Shown here: in pieces, positions 8,897 through 17,636 of the stretch | How the letters are laid out: each line of letters begins with the position of its first letter | How positions within the stretch are numbered: the stretch's first letter is position 1 | Source: Halarcobacter sp. | Lineage (GTDB): Bacteria; Campylobacterota; Campylobacteria; Campylobacterales; Arcobacteraceae | Assembly (NCBI GenBank): GCA_963676565.1 | Contig: OY781089.1 | Location: 96,001 to 160,000 of the forward strand | DNA length: 64,000 bases | Direction of reading: 5' to 3' | Made by a program: the position numbers and the translations under genes | Notes under the pieces: generated by a model | The model's database searches: none | What the model was told of the DNA's origin: nothing | What the model saw: the letters and a program-made list of their open reading frames with translations, nothing else

Positions 8897-10678
8897 TTAT
8901 TTTTTAAATAATTTAAATACGTGAACAGTTCCACCTTGGTTTATATTCTTAATAAGTTTTGCAACTTCACCACCCCATAAAGGAACAGCTCCACCCCAAC
9001 CTGAAACGATTGCGATATATTGCTCACCATTTTGCTCCCAAGTAATAGGAGAAGAAACAATTCCAGAACCAGCATTGTATTTAAATAAAATCTCACCAGT
9101 TTCATCATCAAATGCTAAGAATTTACCTTCAGGAGTTCCTGTAAATACAAGTCCACCAGCAGTAGTTAAAACTCCACCCCATAGTGGTGCAGGGTTTTTA
9201 TATTCCCATTTAATTTTTCCTGTCATTGGCTCAATTGCTTTAAGTGAACCAATGTGATCTTCAAAGATTGGTTTAATTGTAAATCCAGCACCTAAGTAAG
9301 CAGCACCTTTTTTATAATGAATTGGTTGATTCCAAATATCCATTCCCCACTCATTTGAAGGAACATAGAATAATTCAGTCTTTTTAGAATAAGCCATTGG
9401 CATCCAGTTTTTACCACCTAAGAATGAAGGAACAGAGAATACTGATTTACCTTTTGAAGCATCACCAGGATTTCCAGGTCTTCCATCTGCTGTTAACATT
9501 GGTCTACCATTTTTATCAATTCCAGTTGCCCAAGTAATATTTGAAACAAATGGATTAGCAGTAACGAATTTACCATTAGTTCTATCTAATACATAGAAGA
9601 AACCATTTCTATCTGCAGTTGCAGCATATTTCTTACCATCTTTATTAAATGAAACTAACTCATTAACACCATCGAAATCCCATCCATCATGTGGAGTAGT
9701 TTGATAATGCCAAACAATTTTTCCTGTATCAGGATTAATTGCTAATCTTGAAGAAGAGTATAAGTTGTCTCCTGGTCTATTATGTGAGTTCCATGGTGCA
9801 GGGTTTCCTGTTCCAAAGAATAATAAATCAGTCTCAGAGTCATATGTACCACCAAGCCAAGTTGCAGCTCCACCAGTTTTCCATAAATCTCCAGGCCATG
9901 TTTTACCAGCTTCGCCACCAGTAATTCCATTTTCTTTTCCATTTAAGTAACCCATGTGACCTTCAACAGTTGGTCTAGTCCAAATTAGTTTACCAGTTTT
10001 AGCATCATAAGCTTCAACTTTACCAACAATACCAAACTCACCACCAGCTACACCAGTGATAATCATATCTTTAACAACTAATGGAGCAGCAGTAATAGAG
10101 TAACCATCTTTATATTCCGCTACTTTTTTCTTCCATACTGTTTTTCCAGTTTTTCTGTTTAATGCCACTAATTTAGCATCTAGTGTTCCAAAAACTACTA
10201 AATCACCATAAATTGCAGCACCTCTGTTGATTACATCACAACATGGTAAGATTCCACTTGGAAGTCTTGCATCATATTGCCATAACTCTTCACCAGTTGC
10301 TAAATCAATTGCATACATTCTAGAATAAGATGCAGTTACATACATAACACCATCTTTTACTAATGGTTGAGATTCTTGACCTCTTTGTTTTTCACCACCA
10401 AATGAGAAATTCCATACAGAAACTAAATCTTTAACAGTCTCTTTATTCACCTGAGTCAGTGGTGAAAATCTTTGACCATTTTGTCCATGTCCATATGTTA
10501 AAACATCCCCAGTTGTTTTATCATCATTTAAAATCTCATCATATGTTACAGATGTATATGATGGCTTTGTAACCGCTGATTTACTATCAGACATTGCAGT
10601 GTTGCTAGTCGCACATCCACTAATTAATGCAGAAAGCGTAACAGCTACTGCACTAGTTAGTAAAAAACTCTTTTTCAT
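8897..10678 (-). CDS. pedH: PQQ-dependent alcohol dehydrogenase, lanthanide-type (PedH/ExaF-like), predicted lipoprotein
   Basis: Vicinal PCCD, GGEFG, GNPAPW and FLGGKNW motifs. The active-site [13 protein letters not shown] has the extra Asp (D336). N-terminal lipobox ISGC. Confidence 0.88.
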   Translation of the reverse strand: MKKSFLLTSAVAVTLSALISGCATSNTAMSDSKSAVTKPSYTSVTYDEILNDDKTTGDVLTYGHGQNGQRFSPLTQVNKETVKDLVSVWNFSFGGEKQRGQESQPLVKDGVMYVTASYSRMYAIDLATGEELWQYDARLPSGILPCCDVINRGAAIYGDLVVFGTLDAKLVALNRKTGKTVWKKKVAEYKDGYSITAAPLVVKDMIITGVAGGEFGIVGKVEAYDAKTGKLIWTRPTVEGHMGYLNGKENGITGGEAGKTWPGDLWKTGGAATWLGGTYDSETDLLFFGTGNPAPWNSHNRPGDNLYSSSRLAINPDTGKIVWHYQTTPHDGWDFDGVNELVSFNKDGKKYAATADRNGFFYVLDRTNGKFVTANPFVSNITWATGIDKNGRPMLTADGRPGNPGDASKGKSVFSVPSFLGGKNWMPMAYSKKTELFYVPSNEWGMDIWNQPIHYKKGAAYLGAGFTIKPIFEDHIGSLKAIEPMTGKIKWEYKNPAPLWGGVLTTAGGLVFTGTPEGKFLAFDDETGEILFKYNAGSGIVSSPITWEQNGEQYIAIVSGWGGAVPLWGGEVAKLIKNINQGGTVHVFKLFKK

Positions 10679-10723
10679 GCTATCTCCTTTTATAATTGTC
10701 AGACTGAAAATTGTCTTAAGAGA

Positions 10724-10755
10724 AGTATATATGAGAAAAGTAGCAACAGTTTAGC
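10724..10755 (-). promoter_or_regulatory. pedH-pqq promoter: GCTA-N7-GCTA-N11-TATACT
   Basis: TAGC on + at 10741 and 10752; agtata at 10724-10729. Confidence 0.75.
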
Positions 10756-11533
10756 TATTGTTAACTTTTTTTGATTTAAACCCTAAAAATGCCATAATTA
10801 AAGTTATAATAAGAGATATTACTAGTACTAGAAGTGCCTGTGTATCGACCTTTAGGTATAGTGAGAACCTAATAGATTCTACAATATAAGTAAAAGGATT
10901 ATATGAAGAAATTTCATATAAAAGTATAGACGAATCTTTAATTTTCCAAAGTGGGTATAAAGCGGAACTTAAAAAGAACATTGGGAAGATAACAAAGTTC
11001 ATTACAGTTGCAAAATTTTCTAATTGTTTTATAACAGAAGAGATAAAAAGTGCAAAGGCATTAAGAATTATAGATGAAATTATAATTATAGGAATAGTTA
11101 CCACTATTGCCAAATATGAAATATCTACCCCATACAATTTAGCAATAAGTAAAAAAGTGATTGCTTGAATTGTTGATACTATTGAAGTTGCAAACATTTT
11201 ACAAAATAGTAAGAAATTTCTATTTATATAAGAAGATAAAAGTATTTTCATACTACCCATCTCCCTATCAAATATCATTGTTAAACTACTTTGCATACCA
11301 TTAAAAAGTAATACCATCCCAACAAGTCCTGGAACAATATAGGTTTCATAGGTGATATAAGTTTCATATGGAGGAGTAATAGCAAGTCCTAAAGCAGTTT
11401 TAAAACCAACTGAAAAGATAAATAGCCAAAGTAAAGGTCTAACAAGAGCTGAAAAAAATCTACTTTTTTGTTTAACGAATCTAATTAATTCTTTGTAGAT
11501 AATACCTTTCATACAATTAAAATATATATTCAT
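10751..11533 (-). CDS. pedC: ABC-2 type permease, PQQ-dependent alcohol dehydrogenase system (PedC-like)
   Basis: SALVRPLLWL, PPYETYITYETYIVPGL and NFVIFPMFFLSSALYPLW motifs. Confidence 0.82.
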   Translation of the reverse strand: MNIYFNCMKGIIYKELIRFVKQKSRFFSALVRPLLWLFIFSVGFKTALGLAITPPYETYITYETYIVPGLVGMVLLFNGMQSSLTMIFDREMGSMKILLSSYINRNFLLFCKMFATSIVSTIQAITFLLIAKLYGVDISYLAIVVTIPIIIISSIILNAFALFISSVIKQLENFATVMNFVIFPMFFLSSALYPLWKIKDSSILLYEISSYNPFTYIVESIRFSLYLKVDTQALLVLVISLIITLIMAFLGFKSKKVNNS

Positions 11534-11535
11534 GG

Positions 11536-12258
11536 CTATTTTACAATTTGATTGAAAGTATCAACCAAATTCTCCTTTTCATATTTTTCCATAATAGCAC
11601 TCACAATACCCGTTTCTACTATTTTACCATCTTTAATAAATGAAATTTCATCATCTTCATTTACCTCATCGAAAAGATGAGTAATCCAAAGAACACTTAG
11701 GTTTTCCCTTTTTACTAAATCTCTAACATAATCTAAGATATCAAATCTACTTTTTAAATCAAGTCCAACAGTAGGTTCATCAAGTAAAAGTAGTTTTGGT
11801 TTATTAATTAGAGCCCTTAAAATTTCAACTCTTCTTCTATGTCCTCCATTTAGTTTTCTAGCTGTAGTATCTAAATGTGGTTTTAATTCAAGTCTTTCAA
11901 TCTCATTTTCAATTGATTTTATTGTTTGTACAAAACCTAAGCCCTTTAATGAACCATAATAATAAAGATTTTGTCTAACAGTTAAATCTAAATCTAAAGT
12001 TGGTTCTTGAAAAACAATACCAATATTTTTTAAAGCTTCACTATAGTTTTTTATGGAGTGATTATTTATATTGATTTCACCAACTTCAAGTTTAAGAAGT
12101 CTTGTAATAAGTGAAAAAATAGTTGATTTTCCAGCTCCATTTAGTCCCAATAAAACTGAAAACTCACCTTTTTTTATATTAAAAGAAACCTTATCTAATA
12201 CCTGTTTCTTTCCATAGGAAAAATCTACCTCTTTTAATTCTAATATTTTTTCACTCAT
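11536..12258 (-). CDS. pedB: ABC ATP-binding protein, PQQ-ADH system (PedB-like)
   Basis: Walker A GLNGAGKST, FQEPTLDLDL, LNGGHRRRVE and LLLDEPTVGLD. Confidence 0.82.
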   Translation of the reverse strand: MSEKILELKEVDFSYGKKQVLDKVSFNIKKGEFSVLLGLNGAGKSTIFSLITRLLKLEVGEININNHSIKNYSEALKNIGIVFQEPTLDLDLTVRQNLYYYGSLKGLGFVQTIKSIENEIERLELKPHLDTTARKLNGGHRRRVEILRALINKPKLLLLDEPTVGLDLKSRFDILDYVRDLVKRENLSVLWITHLFDEVNEDDEISFIKDGKIVETGIVSAIMEKYEKENLVDTFNQIVK

Positions 12259-12270
12259 TTTACAACTTTA

Positions 12271-13242
12271 CTATTTACTAGGAATTACTGCTAATCCCCA
12301 AGGATATCTTCCTACTTTTATTGTTTTTTCTACTTTTAAAGAATCAACATCTATTACAGATACATCACCACTTACACCATTTGTAGTATAAAGTTTTTTC
12401 TCATTCTGGGCAAAAGCTAATTGCCAAACTCTTTTTCCAACTAATAAATACTTTATAACTTTATATGTTTTTGCATCAATTACAGCAACATGGTTAGCTG
12501 GTCCTAAAGCTACAAAGGCATATTTTCCATCGCTTGTTAGTTTAATACCAACTGGCTGAATTAAATCTTTAAAAATCCCAGGAATTTTAAAACCTAATTT
12601 TGCAACACTCTCTTTTGTTTTAGTGTCAACTACCACAACAGTCCCACCAATCTCACTTGATGCCCAAACTTTATCACCATTTTTTGAAAATTCTATATGT
12701 CTTGGTCTTGCATCCACTAAAGTATTATGAACAATCTCTTTTGTTTTTGTATCAATCCAATGTAAAAAGTTAGAAGTTTCTGATGTATTAATAGCCATAC
12801 TTCCATCAGGACTTACAGCCATCCCCTCAGGTTCTAAACCAACTTCAATTTGAGATACTACAGTTCTATTTGGAATATCTACAACAGTTACAATTCCATC
12901 ATTCTCATTTGATATATAAAGCTCTTTCCCATCTGGATGTAATGCAAACTGCTCTGGGTCCTCACCTGATGGTAAATTATATAAGATTTCCCCTGTTTTA
13001 GTATCCATAGCTTGAACTGTATCATCATCACTTGCACAAATATATAATTTTTTATAATCACTTGTAAGCAGTATTCCTCTAGGTCTTTGCCCTACTTCAT
13101 ATGTTTTTATAACTTTATTTGTATCTGAATCAATAACACTAATAGTATTGTCTTTCTCATTTGATACAAATATTGTATCTGCACTTAAGATTGATGCAGC
13201 CAATACTGATAAAATAGATGTAAAAATTAATTTCTTCATCAC
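12271..13242 (-). CDS. PQQ-dependent catabolism-associated YVTN beta-propeller protein (PedA2-like)
   Basis: Signal peptide plus VSNEKDNT, VGQRPRG, PSGEDPE, YTTNGVSGD and VGRYPWG repeats. Confidence 0.85.
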   Translation of the reverse strand: MMKKLIFTSILSVLAASILSADTIFVSNEKDNTISVIDSDTNKVIKTYEVGQRPRGILLTSDYKKLYICASDDDTVQAMDTKTGEILYNLPSGEDPEQFALHPDGKELYISNENDGIVTVVDIPNRTVVSQIEVGLEPEGMAVSPDGSMAINTSETSNFLHWIDTKTKEIVHNTLVDARPRHIEFSKNGDKVWASSEIGGTVVVVDTKTKESVAKLGFKIPGIFKDLIQPVGIKLTSDGKYAFVALGPANHVAVIDAKTYKVIKYLLVGKRVWQLAFAQNEKKLYTTNGVSGDVSVIDVDSLKVEKTIKVGRYPWGLAVIPSK

Positions 13243-13263
13243 TAATTCCCTTTTAATAAAAAT

Positions 13264-13683
13264 TTATTCAACAATAAAAGTTGCTCTTTCTCTATCACTT
13301 TTAGCTGATGGTAAACCTAAAGTAAAAGTTCCTGGTTTAATAGGTATAAAAGTCATTTCAATTTCACCTTCATCATCAAACTCAAACCCATCTAAACCTA
13401 GTGGTCTTACTTCAATACCGTTAATAGATATTTGATTTACCCAAATATTTCTAAAAAAAGCTGCACCTACTATAGGTATTTCTCTAGAACCATCACTTTT
13501 TAAAACAAGTTCGTAATATTTACCCGATTCTAATTTATATGGTTCACTTGCAAGTGGTTGACCCACACTAATAGTAATAGGATTTAATTTAGTTTTAGAG
13601 TGTAATAAACCCTTCAAATTTTTAGCCGTTGCAAATTCTCCTGTTAAAAGTAGCATAGCTATTAATAATACAATTTTCTTCAT
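13264..13683 (-). CDS. Exported cupredoxin-fold-like protein lacking type-1 copper ligands
   Basis: Signal peptide and alternating beta-strand pattern ending FIPIKPGTF. Acidic patch DGFEFDDEGEIE, no Cys. Confidence 0.6.
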   Translation of the reverse strand: MKKIVLLIAMLLLTGEFATAKNLKGLLHSKTKLNPITISVGQPLASEPYKLESGKYYELVLKSDGSREIPIVGAAFFRNIWVNQISINGIEVRPLGLDGFEFDDEGEIEMTFIPIKPGTFTLGLPSAKSDRERATFIVE

Positions 13684-13711
13684 GCATAATCCTTTTTGTA
13701 ATTTATCTTTA

Positions 13712-13798
13712 ATTGTAATGAAGCTTTATAGCTATAATATAGCGTATTGATTTTTGTTATCATATTGCTAGACTGAGGCTATACATTTTATATATACT
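13712..13798. promoter_or_regulatory. Divergent promoter pair, each GCTA-N7-GCTA-N11-(-10)
   Basis: Leftward: TAGC at 13729 and 13740, TACAAT at 13717-13712. Rightward: GCTA at 13767 and 13778, TATACT at 13793-13798. Confidence 0.78.
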
Positions 13799-13825
13799 TT
13801 TACAAAATATATTTTAAGGATAGAA

Positions 13826-14977
13826 ATGAAACGATTATTTAGTCTATTTTTAATGTTAGGGTTTATAAATGCCTTTGCACTAGAAGTAAATATTTTATAT
13901 CTAGAACAAAAAATAAAAAAGCCTCCAGTACTTTCAAATATAATTGAAGACCCAGAAGATTTAGGATTAAAGGGGGCTCAAAAAGCTATAATAGACTCAA
14001 ATAAAAGTGCTAGATTTTTAAATCAAAAATACAATCTAATTGAAAAAATCTCTTATGATAAAGCTCAATTAAAAAAAGATTTTGAAGAATTTATAAATGC
14101 AGGTAACTCATATGTGGTATTAAATGTAGAAGATGATTTTTTAAAAGTGTTACTAAATGACCCACTTTCAAAAAAAGCTTTAATGGTAAATGCATCTAGT
14201 CCAACTACAAGTTTAAGACAAAACTACTGTTTACCAAACTTACTTCATACAGCTCCTTCAAATGCCATGCTTTATGATGGCTTAGTTCAATTTTTAGTAA
14301 AAAGAGATTTTAAAGATATCTTTTTAATAAGTGGAGAAAATCCAAAAGATAAAGAGATACTAAAAGATATAAAAAGGTCAGTAAAAAAATTTAATGCAAA
14401 AATTATAAAAGAAAAAGTTTGGGATAATAATTCAGATATTAGAAGAAAAGCAAATGCAGAATTTCCTGTATTTACACAAGCTAGTGATTATGATTTAATT
14501 ATGTTAGCTGACCATTATGGAGATTTTGGGGAGTTTATGTATTTTAATACTTGGCTTCCTAGACCAATAGCCGGAACTCAGGGATTAACTCCAACAGCTT
14601 GGCATAAAGTTATTGAAGCTTGGGGAGCAGCTCAAATGCAAAGTAGATTTGAAAAGTTTGCAAAAAGATGGATGCAATCAAAGGATTACACAAACTGGAC
14701 AGCAGTTAGATCTATCATTGGTGCAATCACAAAAACAAATTCTGCTGATTTAAAAACAAACCTTGATTTTATTCACTCTGATAAGTTTGATTTAGCAGCA
14801 TATATGGGAAGAAAATTATCATTTAGAGATTATAATGGACAGCTTAGAATGCCAATTTCACTTGTTCAACCTAGGGCACTTATTTCAGTTTCTCCACAAG
14901 TTGGCTTTTTACATCCTAAAACTGATTTAGATACTTTGGGTATTGCACCCTTTGAGATGAAGTGTAAAAATGATTAA
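13826..14977 (+). CDS. ABC transporter substrate-binding protein, PQQ-ADH system (PedA1-like)
   Basis: Type-I periplasmic binding fold with HTAPSNAMLYDGLVQFL, WGAAQMQSRF, LSFRDYNGQLR and SPQVGFLHP..LDTLG motifs. Confidence 0.82.
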   Translation: MKRLFSLFLMLGFINAFALEVNILYLEQKIKKPPVLSNIIEDPEDLGLKGAQKAIIDSNKSARFLNQKYNLIEKISYDKAQLKKDFEEFINAGNSYVVLNVEDDFLKVLLNDPLSKKALMVNASSPTTSLRQNYCLPNLLHTAPSNAMLYDGLVQFLVKRDFKDIFLISGENPKDKEILKDIKRSVKKFNAKIIKEKVWDNNSDIRRKANAEFPVFTQASDYDLIMLADHYGDFGEFMYFNTWLPRPIAGTQGLTPTAWHKVIEAWGAAQMQSRFEKFAKRWMQSKDYTNWTAVRSIIGAITKTNSADLKTNLDFIHSDKFDLAAYMGRKLSFRDYNGQLRMPISLVQPRALISVSPQVGFLHPKTDLDTLGIAPFEMKCKND

Positions 14978-15425
14978 ATCTTTTCTTGCACTTTTAGTTC
15001 TTAGCCTAAGTATAAATGCCTATGAGGTAACAGATAAAGATAATTACTTTACTGTAAAAATTCAAGATGAAAAATTTCATGAACTATATGTGAATTTAAA
15101 AGATGAAATAAATTTTAATTCATATGTTATAGTTCATGAATTAAATTTAGCAAAGTCTACTAAGGCTGTTGCTGATGCTCTAGAGGAAAAAGTTGTTGTA
15201 AAAAATGGAATAAATTTATTGATTTGTAAAACCTCATTTACCCTTAAAATGCATCAAGAAAATATTCACAATATGACTTTTTGTCCAATGGTTATCTCTA
15301 TATACGAAGATGAAACCTCAAACTATATATCTTTTAGGAAATATCACCCTCTAAATAACAATGATAAAATAGCACTTACTATAAATAAAAGACTAAAAAC
15401 ATTAATTTTAAACTCCCTTGATTAA
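14970..15425 (+). CDS. Exported DUF302-domain protein
   Basis: Signal peptide; LLICK...FCPMVISIYE pattern. Confidence 0.65.
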   Translation: MIKSFLALLVLSLSINAYEVTDKDNYFTVKIQDEKFHELYVNLKDEINFNSYVIVHELNLAKSTKAVADALEEKVVVKNGINLLICKTSFTLKMHQENIHNMTFCPMVISIYEDETSNYISFRKYHPLNNNDKIALTINKRLKTLILNSLD

Positions 15426-15509
15426 AAACTTTCACCTTAATTAAAATTTTTTTTAAATTGCTATTTAAATATATAATAATATAATGATATTATCTATAGG
15501 GAGAGAATT

Positions 15510-17636
15510 ATGAAAAATAATATAATAATACTATTGATAATTATTTGTTTCTCGATATTTTTTTTTCTAACTTTAGATATAAATAAAAATGAATTAATAA
15601 ATACAGAAAAAAAAGATGATAACTCCAAGATTGAATTAAAACTTGCCCATAATCTACCAAAAAATAGTGCTTTACATGAAGCATCTGTTTTATATGCAAA
15701 AAAAATAGCTGAACTTACAAAAAATAGAGTGGAAATTAAAATATTCCCTGAACAAAAATTAGGAAATGACTATCAAATGATAGAGCTGGCAAGTCAAGGA
15801 AAAATTGATATTATAATAACTCCTACTGCAAAAATGAGTGTATCAGTTCCCTCAATGCAATATGCAGACTTACCATTTTTATTTCCAACAAGAGAGGATG
15901 CCTATGAACTTTTAGATGGAGAAGTTGGGAAAATGATTCTAAAAGATTTAGATAAAATTGATCTTTTAGGTATTGGTTTTTGGGAGAATGGCTTTAAACA
16001 TTTTACTGCGAACTCTAAATTAACTAGTCCGACAGATTTCAAAGGCAAAAAGATTAGAGTTATGAAAAGTAGAATAATAATGGAGCAATTTAAAGCTTTA
16101 GGGGCACAAGCTATACCTATTGATTTTCATTCTACTAAAAAAGCTTTAGAAGATAAAGTTGTTGATGGACAGGAAAACCCTTTAGTTGCAATTGTAAATA
16201 TGCAATTTCATAAAGTTCAATCAAATTTAACTATAAGCGAACATGCATATTTACCATATTTATTTTCCATGAGTAAAAAAAGCTTACGAAAACTTCCTGT
16301 AGAGATTCAAGATATTTTAACTAATAATTTAGATGAGATTACAAAATGGGAAAGAAAAGAAACCCAAATAAGAGAAAAAGAGTTCCTAGAAACAATAAAA
16401 AATGAAGGTGTAAAAATACACTATTTAACAAAAGAAGAGAAAGAAGCCTTTAGAGAAAAAACTAAATATATTGTAAAAATGTATGAAAGAGTGATTGGTT
16501 CAAATATAATTTCTAAAACTGAAGAGATATTAAATAAAAAATATGCAAATAAAGATAATATATATTTTGGTTTAGATGTAAATCTTTCAATTGGAAATAA
16601 AGACTCAGGCTTATCTTTAAAAAGAGGCGTTGAATTGGCAATTGAAGAGATTAATTCAAATGGTGGATTATTAGGTAAAAAAATCAACCTTCTTACAAAA
16701 GATAATGAAGCTATTACAACTAAGGCTTTGAAAAATTTTAAAGAGTTCTCAAAAAATGACAATGTAAAAGTTGTAATAGGTGGGAAAAGAAGTTCTATAA
16801 TTTCAAAAGAACTAGAAGATATCCAAAAAAGTAAAAAACCTTATTTTTCACCTTGGGCATCTGCAGATAAAATTGTTAATAATGGTTATGAAGAAAACTA
16901 TATTTTTAGAGTTTCTACAAATAATAAATTTATTATAAATAGACTTTTAAAAGAGTCTTTAAAAGATGATAAAAAGCCCTTAATCGTTGTCGAAAACTCT
17001 ATTTGGGGAAGAGGAGCCCTAGAACTTATAAAACAAGACAATAAAGAGTTAGAATCTATTATTATAAACCAAGGTCAAACTAATTTTGATAATTTAATAT
17101 CTAAAATAAAACAACATAAAACAAAATCAATCTTAATGGTTTTAAATACTTTAGAAGCATCAAATATCTTAAAGACTTTGTATGAAAACCAAATAAAGAT
17201 ATCAATATCTTCACATTGGGGTATTTTAGGTGGAAAGTTTTATGAACAAAATAAAGAATACCTAAGTAATATCGATTTGAAATTTATTCAATCTTTTAGC
17301 TTTATAAAAAATAAATCAAAGAAAGCAGAAGAGTTTGCTTTAAGATATATCAAAAAATATGGTGAGAAATCTACTTATGATATAGTTTCTCCTTCCTCTG
17401 TTGCTCAAGCATATGATTCTACTATGATAATTGCACAAGCAATAAAAGATGCCAACTCCTTTGAGGGAGAAAAAATAAAAAATGCCCTAGAAAATTTAAA
17501 AGAATATAATGGTTTGATAAAAAAATATATAAAACCATTTAGTAAAACTGACCACGAAGCTTTAGAGAAAAAAGACTTTTTCTTTGCAAAATATGATCAA
17601 AAAGGAAGAGTTATTCCAATTGGTGAAATAAAGTAA
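15510..17636 (+). CDS. Membrane-anchored fusion of TRAP solute-binding (DctP) and LivJ-like ABC solute-binding domains
   Basis: N-terminal hydrophobic segment. DctP motifs (GKKIRVM, VVDGQENP), then a type-I binding domain (GVELAIEEINSNGGLLGKKI, AQAYDS). Confidence 0.8.
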   Translation: MKNNIIILLIIICFSIFFFLTLDINKNELINTEKKDDNSKIELKLAHNLPKNSALHEASVLYAKKIAELTKNRVEIKIFPEQKLGNDYQMIELASQGKIDIIITPTAKMSVSVPSMQYADLPFLFPTREDAYELLDGEVGKMILKDLDKIDLLGIGFWENGFKHFTANSKLTSPTDFKGKKIRVMKSRIIMEQFKALGAQAIPIDFHSTKKALEDKVVDGQENPLVAIVNMQFHKVQSNLTISEHAYLPYLFSMSKKSLRKLPVEIQDILTNNLDEITKWERKETQIREKEFLETIKNEGVKIHYLTKEEKEAFREKTKYIVKMYERVIGSNIISKTEEILNKKYANKDNIYFGLDVNLSIGNKDSGLSLKRGVELAIEEINSNGGLLGKKINLLTKDNEAITTKALKNFKEFSKNDNVKVVIGGKRSSIISKELEDIQKSKKPYFSPWASADKIVNNGYEENYIFRVSTNNKFIINRLLKESLKDDKKPLIVVENSIWGRGALELIKQDNKELESIIINQGQTNFDNLISKIKQHKTKSILMVLNTLEASNILKTLYENQIKISISSHWGILGGKFYEQNKEYLSNIDLKFIQSFSFIKNKSKKAEEFALRYIKKYGEKSTYDIVSPSSVAQAYDSTMIIAQAIKDANSFEGEKIKNALENLKEYNGLIKKYIKPFSKTDHEALEKKDFFFAKYDQKGRVIPIGEIK

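Noticed and set aside
8897..10678. XoxF/MxaF methanol dehydrogenase or type II quinohemoprotein
   Set aside because: Motifs ([23 protein letters not shown]) fit the ExaA/PedH ethanol clade, and there is no C-terminal CxxCH heme domain.
15460..15486. Single GCTA upstream of the DctP fusion gene
   Set aside because: No second repeat 11 bp away and no -10 at the N11 position, so it is not counted in the regulon.
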